Shown piece after piece: positions 8,908 to 18,203 of a stretch of DNA of 64,000 nucleotides (the stretch's first letter is position 1; the number at the start of each line of letters is the position of its first letter). The notes below the pieces were generated by a model. That model had not been told where the DNA came from and made no database searches. It was given only the letters and a program-made list of their open reading frames with translations. Source of the DNA: an uncultured Desulfarculus sp. (GTDB taxonomy: Bacteria > Desulfobacterota > Desulfarculia > Desulfarculales > Desulfarculaceae); assembly GCA_963665125.2 (NCBI GenBank), contig CAXXUK010000001.1, forward strand, positions 2,720,001 to 2,784,000, read 5' to 3'. A program made the translations under genes and the position numbers.

Positions 8908-9513
8908 ATGTACATGCTCGATTGCAGGGGACTGGCCTGCCCCCAGCCGGTAATGAGGACCAAGGAGCTTTTGGATGCGGGCGGAGTCGAAACCGTTGAG
9001 GTGATGGTTGACAACAAGGCCGCCAGCATCAACGTCAGCCGTTTTCTGGAATCCCGGGGTTTCAGCGTCCAGACCAGAACCGGGGGGGAAGACTTCACCA
9101 TCGTCGCGGTCTGGGACTCCAGCAAGGAAATCGACGAAACAGAACCGCCCGAGGCCTTTACCTGCGCCACGGACCCGGCCAAGCTTCTGGTGTTCATCCG
9201 CAGCGGCACCATGGGCCGGGGCGATGATGCCTTGGGCCGGGGCCTAATGAAAAACTTCCTGCTGACCCTGCCGGAAATGGGTCCGGATCTGTGGCGGATC
9301 ATGTTCGTCAACTCGGGGGTCAAGCTGTGCATCGAAGGGGCCGAGGCCCTGGAGTCCATCCAGAAGCTGGAAAAAAGCGGCGTCAGCGTCCTGGTCTGCG
9401 GAACCTGCCTGACCCATTTTGACCTGTTGGAACAAAAGAAGGTGGGCGAAACGACCAACATGCTCGACATCGTCACCTCGCTGCAACTGGCCGACAAGGT
9501 CATCACCATCTAG
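8908..9513 (+). CDS. yedF: Sulfurtransferase-like selenium metabolism protein YedF (TusA domain + DsrE-like domain)
   Basis: LDCRGLACPQPV TusA motif; MGRGDDALG..LM, CGTCL, VGETTNMLDIV. Confidence 0.85.
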   Translation: MYMLDCRGLACPQPVMRTKELLDAGGVETVEVMVDNKAASINVSRFLESRGFSVQTRTGGEDFTIVAVWDSSKEIDETEPPEAFTCATDPAKLLVFIRSGTMGRGDDALGRGLMKNFLLTLPEMGPDLWRIMFVNSGVKLCIEGAEALESIQKLEKSGVSVLVCGTCLTHFDLLEQKKVGETTNMLDIVTSLQLADKVITI

Positions 9514-9601
9514 AGACGCCCGCTCGACCTTGAGCCCGCCTGGTTTTGTCACCCAACCTATTGCGTTTACCGATCGTTAATAGTCTTATCGATCGTTTTT
9601 T

Positions 9602-10042
9602 CTAGATCAACGTTTCTCCGCAGGAGCGGCAGCGCCTTGCGCCCCTGATATGCGGTTGGCCGCAGAAGCCGCATTGGTGGCTTTGTTCCATGTCCGCCAC
9701 CCAGGCCTCGGTGCCCATCTCCCGCCAACGGGGCACCTCTTGCAGAATCACCCTTTTGCCCTCGGGCACGGGAAAGGCCTCGATAAGGTCACAGGCAAAA
9801 TCGCCGCACTGGTGGCAGCCCTCATAGCCCTTTTCCCCGGCGCAGGAGCGGATGCCGCATGACTGGCAATAGACGAACAAATAGTCGGACATGCAGCCGC
9901 CGCACTGGACCTGATCCACGGTTACGCCGTAGGCGCCGGCCATCTTGGCCTTGAGTTTTTCATCGCCCTGGCTGGAGGCCACGTAAACGCCGCACACCCC
10001 GCAATACAACCCGCACGGGGCCACCAAATTCTTGTTCACCAT
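9602..10042 (-). CDS. DUF3795-like Cys-rich protein
   Basis: APCGLYCGVC, CGGC, CQSCGIRSC, CHQCGDFAC pattern. Confidence 0.78.
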   Translation of the reverse strand: MVNKNLVAPCGLYCGVCGVYVASSQGDEKLKAKMAGAYGVTVDQVQCGGCMSDYLFVYCQSCGIRSCAGEKGYEGCHQCGDFACDLIEAFPVPEGKRVILQEVPRWREMGTEAWVADMEQSHQCGFCGQPHIRGARRCRSCGETLI

Positions 10043-10069
10043 CTCCGTCCCCCTTTGTTACCCGTCCAT

Positions 10070-11071
10070 TTAGGGTTTATGGCCGCAGACCAAACCGGCC
10101 GGAGCGCCCGGCGGCACCTGTTGCTCGCAACGACAGTCCTTCAAGCCGGCCGTGGTCATGAAACCGCATATTTCCTCGCCGGTATAGGTGCGCCCGCCGT
10201 TTGTGTTGACCAGCATGTTCAGGGCAAAAAGCGGCACAAAAGGCGGCGCCGGATTTGCCCGATTCAAAATGAATTCCTGAACCCAAAGCATGCCGCCCGG
10301 CTTGAGCGCCCCGGCAGCCTTGCTTATCAAATCCCGGCATTGTTCGGGCGATGCGCCGTGCAGAACCTGGCTGATCCAGATAAGGTCCTGGGAATCCGGG
10401 AAAGGCCTTTCATTGTAGTCGCCTTTGATGAACCCGACCTTGCCGTCCAGGCCCATGGCCGCGGCCTCGGCGCGAAAATGCGGTTCGGCCGCCGGCAAAT
10501 CGAACACCGCGGCCTTGAGTCCCGGCTCGTGCCTGGCAAAATTCAGGGCGTATATCCCCGGTCCGCCGCCGATATCCAACAGGCTCTGACCGGCCTTCAG
10601 GCCGATATGCTTGGCGATCATCGGCGCGCGCATGCGGGCCAATTCGGCCATGGCGTTATAAAAATGCGCCCGGTCCGGAGCGTCCTGCTGGCCGCCTTTT
10701 TTAGCCACCGGAGCGCCCCGGCGCACGGCCGTGGCCAGCCGGGCCCAATCCTGAGACATATCGGCCATATGCATGATGTAATTATGCAGGCTTATTGGCG
10801 ATTCAGGGTCCAGCAGCGGAGCCAGCCCGTCAGCCAGGGAGAAGCCTTGGGACCCTTCGCTGACCAGTCCCAGACCGGCCATGGCCACCAGAAGCATGTC
10901 CGTGGCCCCGGCGTCCAGTTCCAGTTCAGCGGCAAGGGTTTGGCTGTTGCACGGTCCCTTGGTCAATCTGGCGGTGATGCCCAACGATGCCGCCGCATGC
11001 AGGGTGAAGGTGGCCCAATAGCCGTTTGCCAGTTGCATAAGTCCTTGCGTGTCCCAAAGCTTGCCGAGCAT
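10070..11071 (-). CDS. SAM-dependent O-methyltransferase (dimerisation domain + Methyltransf_2)
   Basis: LLDIGGGPG, VFDLP, SQVLHG, LKPGG motifs. Confidence 0.88.
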   Translation of the reverse strand: MLGKLWDTQGLMQLANGYWATFTLHAAASLGITARLTKGPCNSQTLAAELELDAGATDMLLVAMAGLGLVSEGSQGFSLADGLAPLLDPESPISLHNYIMHMADMSQDWARLATAVRRGAPVAKKGGQQDAPDRAHFYNAMAELARMRAPMIAKHIGLKAGQSLLDIGGGPGIYALNFARHEPGLKAAVFDLPAAEPHFRAEAAAMGLDGKVGFIKGDYNERPFPDSQDLIWISQVLHGASPEQCRDLISKAAGALKPGGMLWVQEFILNRANPAPPFVPLFALNMLVNTNGGRTYTGEEICGFMTTAGLKDCRCEQQVPPGAPAGLVCGHKP

Positions 11072-11176
11072 ATTGCCTCCGTTTCTGATAGATTCATGTT
11101 ATTATGCCAGCAAAACCCGGATGTTGGAAGCTCCGGGGTATGAATTGGACTAGTCGCGGATAACAAGGAGCATTGC

Positions 11177-12238
11177 TTGAGCGGCACGGGTTCCAAATCC
11201 GATCGCCAAATGTTGGACCGGTCTCTGGAAAAGGCGAGGCTGCAGATCCAGTTCAATCCGGCCCAGTTTGGGGTAACGCCGGTGGCGGTGGATTCGCTGC
11301 TGGTGGATGTGCCCTTCCCGGCCGATCTGCTGCTGCCCATGGTAGACGCCGAAACCCGCCGTCTGCGCATGGAAGTGGCCAGCAAGGCGGGCCACCCCTT
11401 TCAGCAACGATGGCAGCAGCGCCTTCGCGACGCCAACCTGAAGCACATCTTCATCAACACGGCCGACACCGAGGCCCTGCGCGGCTATTTCCGCCAAAAC
11501 GCCGACACCATTTTAAGCAGCGACAACCTGTCCCTGAAAAAAAGGGCCTCGGTTATCCAGGAGATGTCGGTTCTGAACCTGCGGGAGATATTTGACATCG
11601 ACCAGCAGGAGCCTGATCAGGCCACGGTCAATTCAGCCGTGCGCCGCACCAAGGATACGGTCCAGAGGTTGGTGGCCCATCCGCAGTTGCTGACGCGCCT
11701 GGCCGAAACCCTGCAGGCCGACTATTCCATCTACACCCACTCGGTGAATGTCTGCATGCTGGCCATGTCGTTCGGGTCCTTCCTTGGCCTCAACCAGAGC
11801 CAGCAGCAGGCCTTGGGCATCGGAGCCATGCTCCACGACGTGGGCATGTCCACCGTGCCCAGGCATATCCTGGAAAAGCCCCACGAGTTGGAAACCTCTG
11901 AAATGGCCCTGATCCGCACCCATCCCCGCAAGGGGTACCAGATGCTTCTGCACGTGGGCGCGGTGCCTTATGATTCGCTGATGATCGTATTGCATCACCA
12001 CGAAGACGCCGACGGCGGCGGTTATCCGGCCGGGCTGAACGCCCAGCGCACGCCCCTGCCGGCCAGGGTGGTGCGGTTGTGCGACGCCTTCGACGCCATG
12101 ACCAGCCAGCGGCCCCACCACGACGCCCTCAGCGCCTTTGACGCGGCGGCCCGGATCATTGAAGGCTCGGACAACAAGTTCGGCGCGGACCTGGTGCCCA
12201 AATTCGTGCGTTTTCTGGCCAGCGATTTCATCAAGTAG
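11177..12238 (+). CDS. HD-GYP domain cyclic di-nucleotide phosphodiesterase
   Basis: YTHSVNV, LHDVG, HP, HHEDADGGGYP, DAFDAMTS. Confidence 0.9.
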   Translation: MSGTGSKSDRQMLDRSLEKARLQIQFNPAQFGVTPVAVDSLLVDVPFPADLLLPMVDAETRRLRMEVASKAGHPFQQRWQQRLRDANLKHIFINTADTEALRGYFRQNADTILSSDNLSLKKRASVIQEMSVLNLREIFDIDQQEPDQATVNSAVRRTKDTVQRLVAHPQLLTRLAETLQADYSIYTHSVNVCMLAMSFGSFLGLNQSQQQALGIGAMLHDVGMSTVPRHILEKPHELETSEMALIRTHPRKGYQMLLHVGAVPYDSLMIVLHHHEDADGGGYPAGLNAQRTPLPARVVRLCDAFDAMTSQRPHHDALSAFDAAARIIEGSDNKFGADLVPKFVRFLASDFIK

Positions 12239-12256
12239 AACCGAGTCCTGCCCCCC

Positions 12257-12294
12257 AAAAAAATAAAACCGGCGGTGCGTCATCACACCGCCGG
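12257..12294 (-). terminator. Intrinsic terminator between convergent genes
   Basis: CCGGCGGTG/CACCGCCGG stem with a T-tract on the minus strand. Confidence 0.7.
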
Positions 12295-12317
12295 CATCGT
12301 TTAGTCGGGCTTTTTCG

Positions 12318-12743
12318 TTAGAATTGGCTCTCAATGGCGCCATAGGAGCAAGTGGAAATACAGGACTCGCAGATAATGCACTTGGTGGGCTCGAAGCTCA
12401 CCTCCCGGGTTACCGGGTCCACGCTAAGGGCCTGGGTGGGGCACACGGCCGTGCAGGCGCTGCAATGCACGCAGTTTTCCGGCGTGTAGCGCATCTCCTG
12501 AACCAGGGCGTCGACCTGAACTCCCGCGTCTTCCAGGTAGCTCATGGCCTTTTCAAGATTGCCCTTGCGTCCCTGCATCTCCACGACCATTCGGCCGCTT
12601 TCCCTGGGCCGCACTTGGGCCCGCAGAATATTGATCTGCAGATCGTAGTCCCGGATCAGATGATAGGTCACCGGGTCCTGGATCAGCCTTGGCGGAAAAC
12701 TAAGGATGACCTTTTTTTTAGCCAAAGGATTACACCTTTTCAT
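12318..12743 (-). CDS. NIL-domain 2x[4Fe-4S] ferredoxin, partner of the aspartate-semialdehyde sulfurtransferase
   Basis: NIL domain (PVTYHLIRDYDLQINILRA) plus two CxxCxxCxxxC motifs. Confidence 0.88.
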   Translation of the reverse strand: MKRCNPLAKKKVILSFPPRLIQDPVTYHLIRDYDLQINILRAQVRPRESGRMVVEMQGRKGNLEKAMSYLEDAGVQVDALVQEMRYTPENCVHCSACTAVCPTQALSVDPVTREVSFEPTKCIICESCISTCSYGAIESQF

Positions 12744-12813
12744 GTATATGGTCCCGGTGGCCGATCAAACGGGCCGCCGGATCAACTCGTTTCATGCCTT
12801 GCGGCGCCGGAGG

Positions 12814-13983
12814 CTAAAACGCCAGTTCCGCGCCGGGCAGCGGGGCCACCGCCTTGGTCAGGGTGAACTCACCCTTGGCGATCTTGTCCTTGAGTTCGGC
12901 GGCGATTTTGCGGGCCATCACCCGGCTGCACATGCATCCGGTGGGCACGTTTTTACCGTCGATCTCTATGCGTCCGCTCATCAGCTCGGCCATGGAAACC
13001 CGGCCCAGATCACCCTGACGGCCCATGGGGTAGGCCTCGCTGTAATCCACCAGGGGATAGTAAATATCCGCATCGCAGACAGCGCAATGGGCCATCACCT
13101 GCTCATCCAACACAGGTATGGGTATGCCCAAACCCACGGCCAGGGACACTCCGTAGCCTGTGATGCTGGCAGCCCTCAGATAGCCGGGACGCATCTGCTT
13201 GAGATCGCCCATGAGCGCCAGGGTGGCGGCGCCTCCCAGGGGCAGATCGTTGGCGTCGCGCTCGGGATCGGGAACGTGCTGGGTTCCCGGCCAGACCACA
13301 TAGCCCTCGCCGCCGCCCAGGAATATCCGGGTGCCGATGCCCACGGTGCGCAATTTGGGGTCGTTGAGCAAGGGGCTCAATTCGCCGGCCGTGGCGTAGT
13401 TGGCGTTGCCCAGCCTGGGTTTCAAGACGCCCATGTAGGTATAAATGGTCTTTTCGCTCAGGTTCACGCCGACATTGTAAAGCTGGTAGGCGTTGCGCGG
13501 ATTGAAAAGCGTCGCGCTGGCCATGTCTTCCAGGCCCAGAACAGTGCTGTACTCCTTGCGCGGATAACAGTCGGTGCCATAGGCCTTGATTTCCAGCTTG
13601 AGCTTTTCGCCTGCCAGAAGTTTTTCGATTACATGGGCGCCGCCGTGCTTGAACAAGCCGGGATACACCGCGTTGCGCGGGTCGTTGTCGGGCATCGATC
13701 CGACGCCCAGCATAATGTCCGCCGCGGCAAAACCGGCGTAGGCCCGGACGCCGTCGATCCACACCCTGCCGCCGCCGCATTTGATTTTGGGCGTCGACTG
13801 GCGGATGTTGAAGTACATGGCGGAACTGCACATGGGCCCGAAGGTGCCGGTGGTAACGACATCAACCTCCTTGGCCGCCTGCGTCACGCCCTTGTCGCGA
13901 ACCAGTTCAACAACTTCCTCGGCCGTGGCCACGACCACCTTGCCGGACTTGATCTTCTGGTTGATCTCCTCGATTGTCCTCAT
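12814..13983 (-). CDS. Homocysteine biosynthesis protein (DUF39, L-aspartate semialdehyde sulfurtransferase)
   Basis: RTIEEINQKI, VDVVTTGTFGPMCSS, GGAHVIE, TDCYPR, NPRNAYQ, GELSPLLNDP. Confidence 0.9.
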   Translation of the reverse strand: MRTIEEINQKIKSGKVVVATAEEVVELVRDKGVTQAAKEVDVVTTGTFGPMCSSAMYFNIRQSTPKIKCGGGRVWIDGVRAYAGFAAADIMLGVGSMPDNDPRNAVYPGLFKHGGAHVIEKLLAGEKLKLEIKAYGTDCYPRKEYSTVLGLEDMASATLFNPRNAYQLYNVGVNLSEKTIYTYMGVLKPRLGNANYATAGELSPLLNDPKLRTVGIGTRIFLGGGEGYVVWPGTQHVPDPERDANDLPLGGAATLALMGDLKQMRPGYLRAASITGYGVSLAVGLGIPIPVLDEQVMAHCAVCDADIYYPLVDYSEAYPMGRQGDLGRVSMAELMSGRIEIDGKNVPTGCMCSRVMARKIAAELKDKIAKGEFTLTKAVAPLPGAELAF

Positions 13984-13999
13984 TCAGCCACTTGCCCTG

Positions 14000-14455
14000 T
14001 CAACTATTGGCCACCATTTTGTGATCCGGCGGGCAGATCAGGTCTTTTTCCTTCTGGCGTTCACACATGTCGGCCAAGCTAATTTTGGAGAGGAAATCGA
14101 CCAGCAATTGGCCCATTTCACCCCAGACCAGGTGCACGGTGCAACCGCCGACACGGGTGCAGAACTGGGCATCCTGGACACACTCCACAGGAGCCAGGGG
14201 GCCCTCGAGGCTGCGCACGATGTCATACAGCGTAATGTCCTTGGGATCGGCCGCCAGCATATAACCGCCACGGGCGCCGCGCACGCTCTTGACCAGTCCC
14301 GCGCCCTTGAGGGGGATGAGCAGCTGCTCAAGATATTTGGCCGAAATCTCCTGGCGCAGAGCCAGGTTGCGGAGCGGAACCGGACCGTCAACTTCATGCA
14401 TGGCCAGTTCGAGCATCGCCCTTACTCCATAACGTCCTCTGGTAGAAAGCTTCAT
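14000..14455 (-). CDS. Rrf2-family regulator with IscR-like Fe-S ligands
   Basis: MKLSTRGRYG, YLEQL, SVRGARGGY, C-x6-C-x5-C-x2-H. Confidence 0.9.
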   Translation of the reverse strand: MKLSTRGRYGVRAMLELAMHEVDGPVPLRNLALRQEISAKYLEQLLIPLKGAGLVKSVRGARGGYMLAADPKDITLYDIVRSLEGPLAPVECVQDAQFCTRVGGCTVHLVWGEMGQLLVDFLSKISLADMCERQKEKDLICPPDHKMVANS

Positions 14456-14475
14456 GTCGTCACCATCCGTTGCTG

Positions 14476-15498
14476 TTAAAAACTTTTGCTTATCCACGCT
14501 GACCCGGCGACCACGCCGTCTTTATAGAAAACAGCCAACTGGCCGGGGGCCACGGCTCCCTGCGGCAGCAGGAAGTCAACTTTAATTTCATCGCCGCCGC
14601 TTACGCGGCAGGCTGTTGCCCGGGCCGAATAACGAACCCGGCATTCCAACACTTCGCCCGGCTCCGGCGTGAAGCGCCACAATGGGCTACTGGCCATGAG
14701 TCCGGTCGTGGTCAACATTTCCTTTGGCCCCACCTTGACCGCGGCGCGCTGTCCGTCCAACTCCACCACATAGGCGGGATGTCCCAAGGCGATGCCCAGG
14801 CCGCGCCTTTGCCCCACCGTATAGCGGTGGATTCCCAGGTGATAACCCAAACGGTTGCCCCGAAGGTCCTCGATTGGTCCGGGCCGCACCAACCCGCGCG
14901 AACTGATTATCTCGTCCCAGCCACCCGGCGGCAGAAAACAGCCGTCCTGGCTTTCGGCACGTCCGGCGGCGGGCAGGCCCGCTTTCCGGGCTATCTCCCG
15001 CACCTGTTCCTTGTGCAGCCCACCAAGGGGCATCTCAAGAAGATCCAGCATTTCCGGCCTCAAACGGGCCAGAAAATAGGCCTGGCTCTTGTTGCTGTCG
15101 ACGCCCTGGGCCAGGGCCGGACCGTCGGCAAACCGCAACACACGGGCATAATGACCGGTTGCCATCACCTCGCAGCCCAAACTCCGGGCCGCTTCCCACA
15201 AAAGAGGAAACTTCACCCCGGCGTTGCATACGGCACAGGGGTTGGGCGTCAGGCCTTTTGAGTAAGCCCGGGCCGCGGGCCCCAGCACCAACCGCTCGAA
15301 CGCCTCGGCGGCGTCCACGATATGATGCTCGATGCCCAAGGCACGGGCTGATTCCGGCGCTTCGCTCAGCGGCGCTTGGGCGCCTGCTCCGATGCGCAAC
15401 GTCAAGCCGATGATCTGGTGGCCCGCCTCTTGGAGGATATGGGCGGCAACGGTTGAATCAACGCCGCCGCTAAGCGCCATGCCGACACGGGCCATCAC
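14476..15498 (-). CDS. mnmA: tRNA 2-thiouridine(34) synthase MnmA
   Basis: SGGVDS, TPNPCAVCN, ATGHYAR, ESQDGCF, YTVGQRRGLG, APGQ. Confidence 0.95.
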   Translation of the reverse strand: MMARVGMALSGGVDSTVAAHILQEAGHQIIGLTLRIGAGAQAPLSEAPESARALGIEHHIVDAAEAFERLVLGPAARAYSKGLTPNPCAVCNAGVKFPLLWEAARSLGCEVMATGHYARVLRFADGPALAQGVDSNKSQAYFLARLRPEMLDLLEMPLGGLHKEQVREIARKAGLPAAGRAESQDGCFLPPGGWDEIISSRGLVRPGPIEDLRGNRLGYHLGIHRYTVGQRRGLGIALGHPAYVVELDGQRAAVKVGPKEMLTTTGLMASSPLWRFTPEPGEVLECRVRYSARATACRVSGGDEIKVDFLLPQGAVAPGQLAVFYKDGVVAGSAWISKSF

Positions 15499-15549
15499 TG
15501 TCCTCCACGGAAATACTTAGAAAGTACGTGGAGGATTCGGATTTTTTGA

Positions 15550-15578
15550 AATATATCTCCGAAGCAACCCACTGTCAA
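15550..15578 (-). promoter_or_regulatory. Putative sigma70 promoter of the mnmA-rrf2 operon
   Basis: Minus strand TTGACA-17nt-TATATT. Confidence 0.7.
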
Positions 15579-15662
15579 CCTGGTTTTCCCTATTATTCCC
15601 TATGGTTTTTATTATTTTAAATAACAGCCCCGCCGGATTGACAATTTGGCGTGATCGGGTGC

Positions 15663-16127
15663 TTAATCGGAGCCGCCGCGAAGGGCCCGCTCCATCTCCC
15701 GTTCCTGGTCCCGCTTCTTGAGGGTGGCCCGTTTGTCGTGGAGTTTTTTGCCCTTGCCCAGGCCCAGTTCCACCTTTGCCCTGCCGTTTTTAAAATACAA
15801 GGCCAGGGGGATCAGGCTGCGCCCCTCTTCCTGGACCTTGGCGGCCAGGCGGCTGATCTCGCGTTTGTGCATCAGCAACTTGCGCTGACGGGTAGGTTCG
15901 TGATTATCGTAGTAGGCAAAAGGATAGGGCTGGATCTGGCAGCCGACCAGCCATAGCTCACCATTCTTCACCTTGGCGTAGGCCTCGGCCAGGTTGGCCT
16001 TGCCCAGGCGCAGTGATTTGACCTCGGTGCCCGTGAGCACCAGCCCCGCTTCAAACTGGTCTTCGATTTCGTAGTTGAAACGCGCTTTTTTGTTGCGGGC
16101 TATTATCTTGATGCCGCCGCCGGCCAT
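15663..16127 (-). CDS. smpB: SsrA-binding protein SmpB
   Basis: NKKARFNY, EAGLVLTGTEVKSLR, RKLLMHKREI, GKKLHDKR. Confidence 0.97.
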   Translation of the reverse strand: MAGGGIKIIARNKKARFNYEIEDQFEAGLVLTGTEVKSLRLGKANLAEAYAKVKNGELWLVGCQIQPYPFAYYDNHEPTRQRKLLMHKREISRLAAKVQEEGRSLIPLALYFKNGRAKVELGLGKGKKLHDKRATLKKRDQEREMERALRGGSD

Positions 16128-16128
16128 G

Positions 16129-17925
16129 TCAGGAAATCTCCGCCGGTGCTCCGGCCCCCATCAATTGGGGAAAAGCATTGCGCAGTTCGGTGGTCATGAA
16201 GCTGGCCACATCGGCAGCCGTGGCGAACGACAGGGCCTGGCGGGCCAACTGGTGCCAATGGGCGCGGTCGGCCTGGCGCAGGATCTGCTTGACCCTGGGA
16301 ATGGTCAGCGCGTTCATAGAAAGCTCATCCAGGCCCAGGCCCAACAAAAGCGGCACGGCGCGGTAGTCGCCGGCCATCTCGCCGCACATGGCCACGGGGA
16401 TGCCCGCCGCGTGCCCGGCCTCGACCACCAGGGATATCATGCGCAGCACCGCCGGATGCATGGGCTGGTACAAATGAGCCACGTATTCGTTCACCCTGTC
16501 GATGGCCAGGGTGTATTGAATCAAATCATTGGTGCCGATGGAAAAGAAGTCGGCGTGCTTGGCCAAATGGTCGGACACGGCCACGGCCGAAGGCACCTCA
16601 ACCATGATCCCCACCTGAATCTGGTGGTCATAGTCGATGCCCCTGTGATCCAGGTCGGTCTTTACCTCGTCCAGCACGGCCTTGGCCTTTAAAAGCTCGC
16701 CCACGCCGCTGATCATCGGGAACATCACCCTGATCTTGCCATGGGCGCTGGCCCGCAGGATGGCTCGCAGCTGGGTCTTGAACAACTCCCGCTCCTGCAG
16801 GCAAAAACGGATGGCCCGCAGGCCCAATGCCGGGTTGGCCTCGGGAACCAGGTCAATGCTGTGGGCGAATTTGTCGCCGCCGATGTCCAGGGTTCGGATA
16901 GTCACCGGCAGGGGGTCCATCAGCTTGGCCACTTCCACGAAATCGGACAGCAGTTCTTCCTCGGTGGGAAGCTGGGCGCGGTTCATATAAAGAAATTCGG
17001 TACGATACAGGCCGATGCCCTCGGCGCCGTAGCGCAACACCCCGGCGGCCTCCAGGCCCAATTCGATATTGGCCTCCACGTGCACCCGGTGTCCGTCGGA
17101 AGTGACGGCGTCCCGGCTGGCCTGGGCCAGAATCTCCTTGTTGTAAATCTCATAGGCTTCCTGGCGCTCACGGTAAGCCACCAGGGTCTCTTCATGGGGA
17201 TTGACGATGACCTTGCCGGTGCTGCCGTCGATGATGATGAAATCGCCGTTTTTGGCCACGCGGCTGATGCGCTGGAGGCCCACCACCGCGGGAATGGCCC
17301 TGGCCTGGGCCATGATGGCCGTGTGGCTGGTGGGGCCGCCCATGTCGGTGGCGAAACCCAGGACCCAGTCGAGGTCCATCTTGGCCGTGTCGGCCGGGGA
17401 CAGATCGTGGGCCACCACCACGACCTTTTCGCGGATTTTGCTCAGTTCCTCATCGGCCTGGCCGATGAGGTGGCGCATTACCTGGTCGGTGACGTATTCG
17501 ATGTCGTTGAAGCGCGAACGGATGTATTCGTCCTTGATCCGTTCGAACATGCTCATTGTCTCGCTGACGGCAAGGGACAGGGCCCATTCTGCGTTGATCA
17601 GCCTGTCGTTGATGAGATGTTCGGTGCGCTGGCTGATCATGTTGTCGCGCAGGATCAGCAGGTGGGCCTCGATGATATGGGCGTATTCGCTCAGATCGCC
17701 GCCCAGTTCGTCCTTGGCCGCGTTGAGTTCGCTCTCCGTGGCGGCAAGGGCCTCCCGGAAGCGGCCGATCTCACGCTGGCACTGGCCGGGGTCGTCCAGG
17801 GTGGCATAGGGGATCTGCATGGGCCGCCGAATCACGGTCAGAGCCCTGCCGATGACTATGCCCGGCGATGCGCCGACGCCGCTAAGCTGATGTTCTTCAC
17901 CGCTAGTCATCTTTGTCTTCCCCAA
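16129..17925 (-). CDS. ptsI: Phosphoenolpyruvate-protein phosphotransferase (PTS enzyme I)
   Basis: GGPTSHTAI phospho-His motif, GIGLYRTEFL, RTLDIGGDK, SIGTNDLIQY, CGEMAG; true start may be the ATG at 17910. Confidence 0.95.
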   Translation of the reverse strand: MGKTKMTSGEEHQLSGVGASPGIVIGRALTVIRRPMQIPYATLDDPGQCQREIGRFREALAATESELNAAKDELGGDLSEYAHIIEAHLLILRDNMISQRTEHLINDRLINAEWALSLAVSETMSMFERIKDEYIRSRFNDIEYVTDQVMRHLIGQADEELSKIREKVVVVAHDLSPADTAKMDLDWVLGFATDMGGPTSHTAIMAQARAIPAVVGLQRISRVAKNGDFIIIDGSTGKVIVNPHEETLVAYRERQEAYEIYNKEILAQASRDAVTSDGHRVHVEANIELGLEAAGVLRYGAEGIGLYRTEFLYMNRAQLPTEEELLSDFVEVAKLMDPLPVTIRTLDIGGDKFAHSIDLVPEANPALGLRAIRFCLQERELFKTQLRAILRASAHGKIRVMFPMISGVGELLKAKAVLDEVKTDLDHRGIDYDHQIQVGIMVEVPSAVAVSDHLAKHADFFSIGTNDLIQYTLAIDRVNEYVAHLYQPMHPAVLRMISLVVEAGHAAGIPVAMCGEMAGDYRAVPLLLGLGLDELSMNALTIPRVKQILRQADRAHWHQLARQALSFATAADVASFMTTELRNAFPQLMGAGAPAEIS

Positions 17926-18199
17926 AGCCGTCTGCGAAAAGCTCCGATATGGCGTTGATGGCTCGCCGGGCGCCGTCGCCGCTGGTGCGCACGGTCAGAT
18001 AGCTGCCCTTGGGCGCGTCCAGGCCCAATATGGCCAATACGCTATCGGCGTCGGCCTCCAAGCCGTCCTTGTGCAAGGTTATACGGCATTCAAAGCCGGA
18101 AGCGGTTTCGGCTATTTTGGCGGCAGCCCTGGCGTGCAGGCCAAGGGTGTTGACAACGGCAAGTTCGGCCTCGAGTTGTGTTTCCTTGGGCTCTTCCAT
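17903..18199 (-). CDS. ptsH: Phosphocarrier protein HPr
   Basis: NTLGLHARAAA (His15 motif), C-terminal GFGE. Confidence 0.92.
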   Translation of the reverse strand: MEEPKETQLEAELAVVNTLGLHARAAAKIAETASGFECRITLHKDGLEADADSVLAILGLDAPKGSYLTVRTSGDGARRAINAISELFADGFGEDKDD

Positions 18200-18203
18200 A
18201 ATA

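Noticed and set aside
8908..10042. Selenoprotein (UGA read-through) near yedF
   Set aside because: yedF and the DUF3795-like ORF are complete and end in TAG; I saw no truncated ORF with an in-frame TGA at a Cys-equivalent position
15500..15660. tmRNA or tRNA next to smpB
   Set aside because: The gap is only ~160 bp and AT-rich, with no tRNA-like acceptor or T-arm; it contains the mnmA promoter
16129..18199. PTS genes inside the ribosomal/rRNA-modification operon as a novelty
   Set aside because: To my knowledge this gene order is common in deltaproteobacteria, and no sugar-specific EII is present
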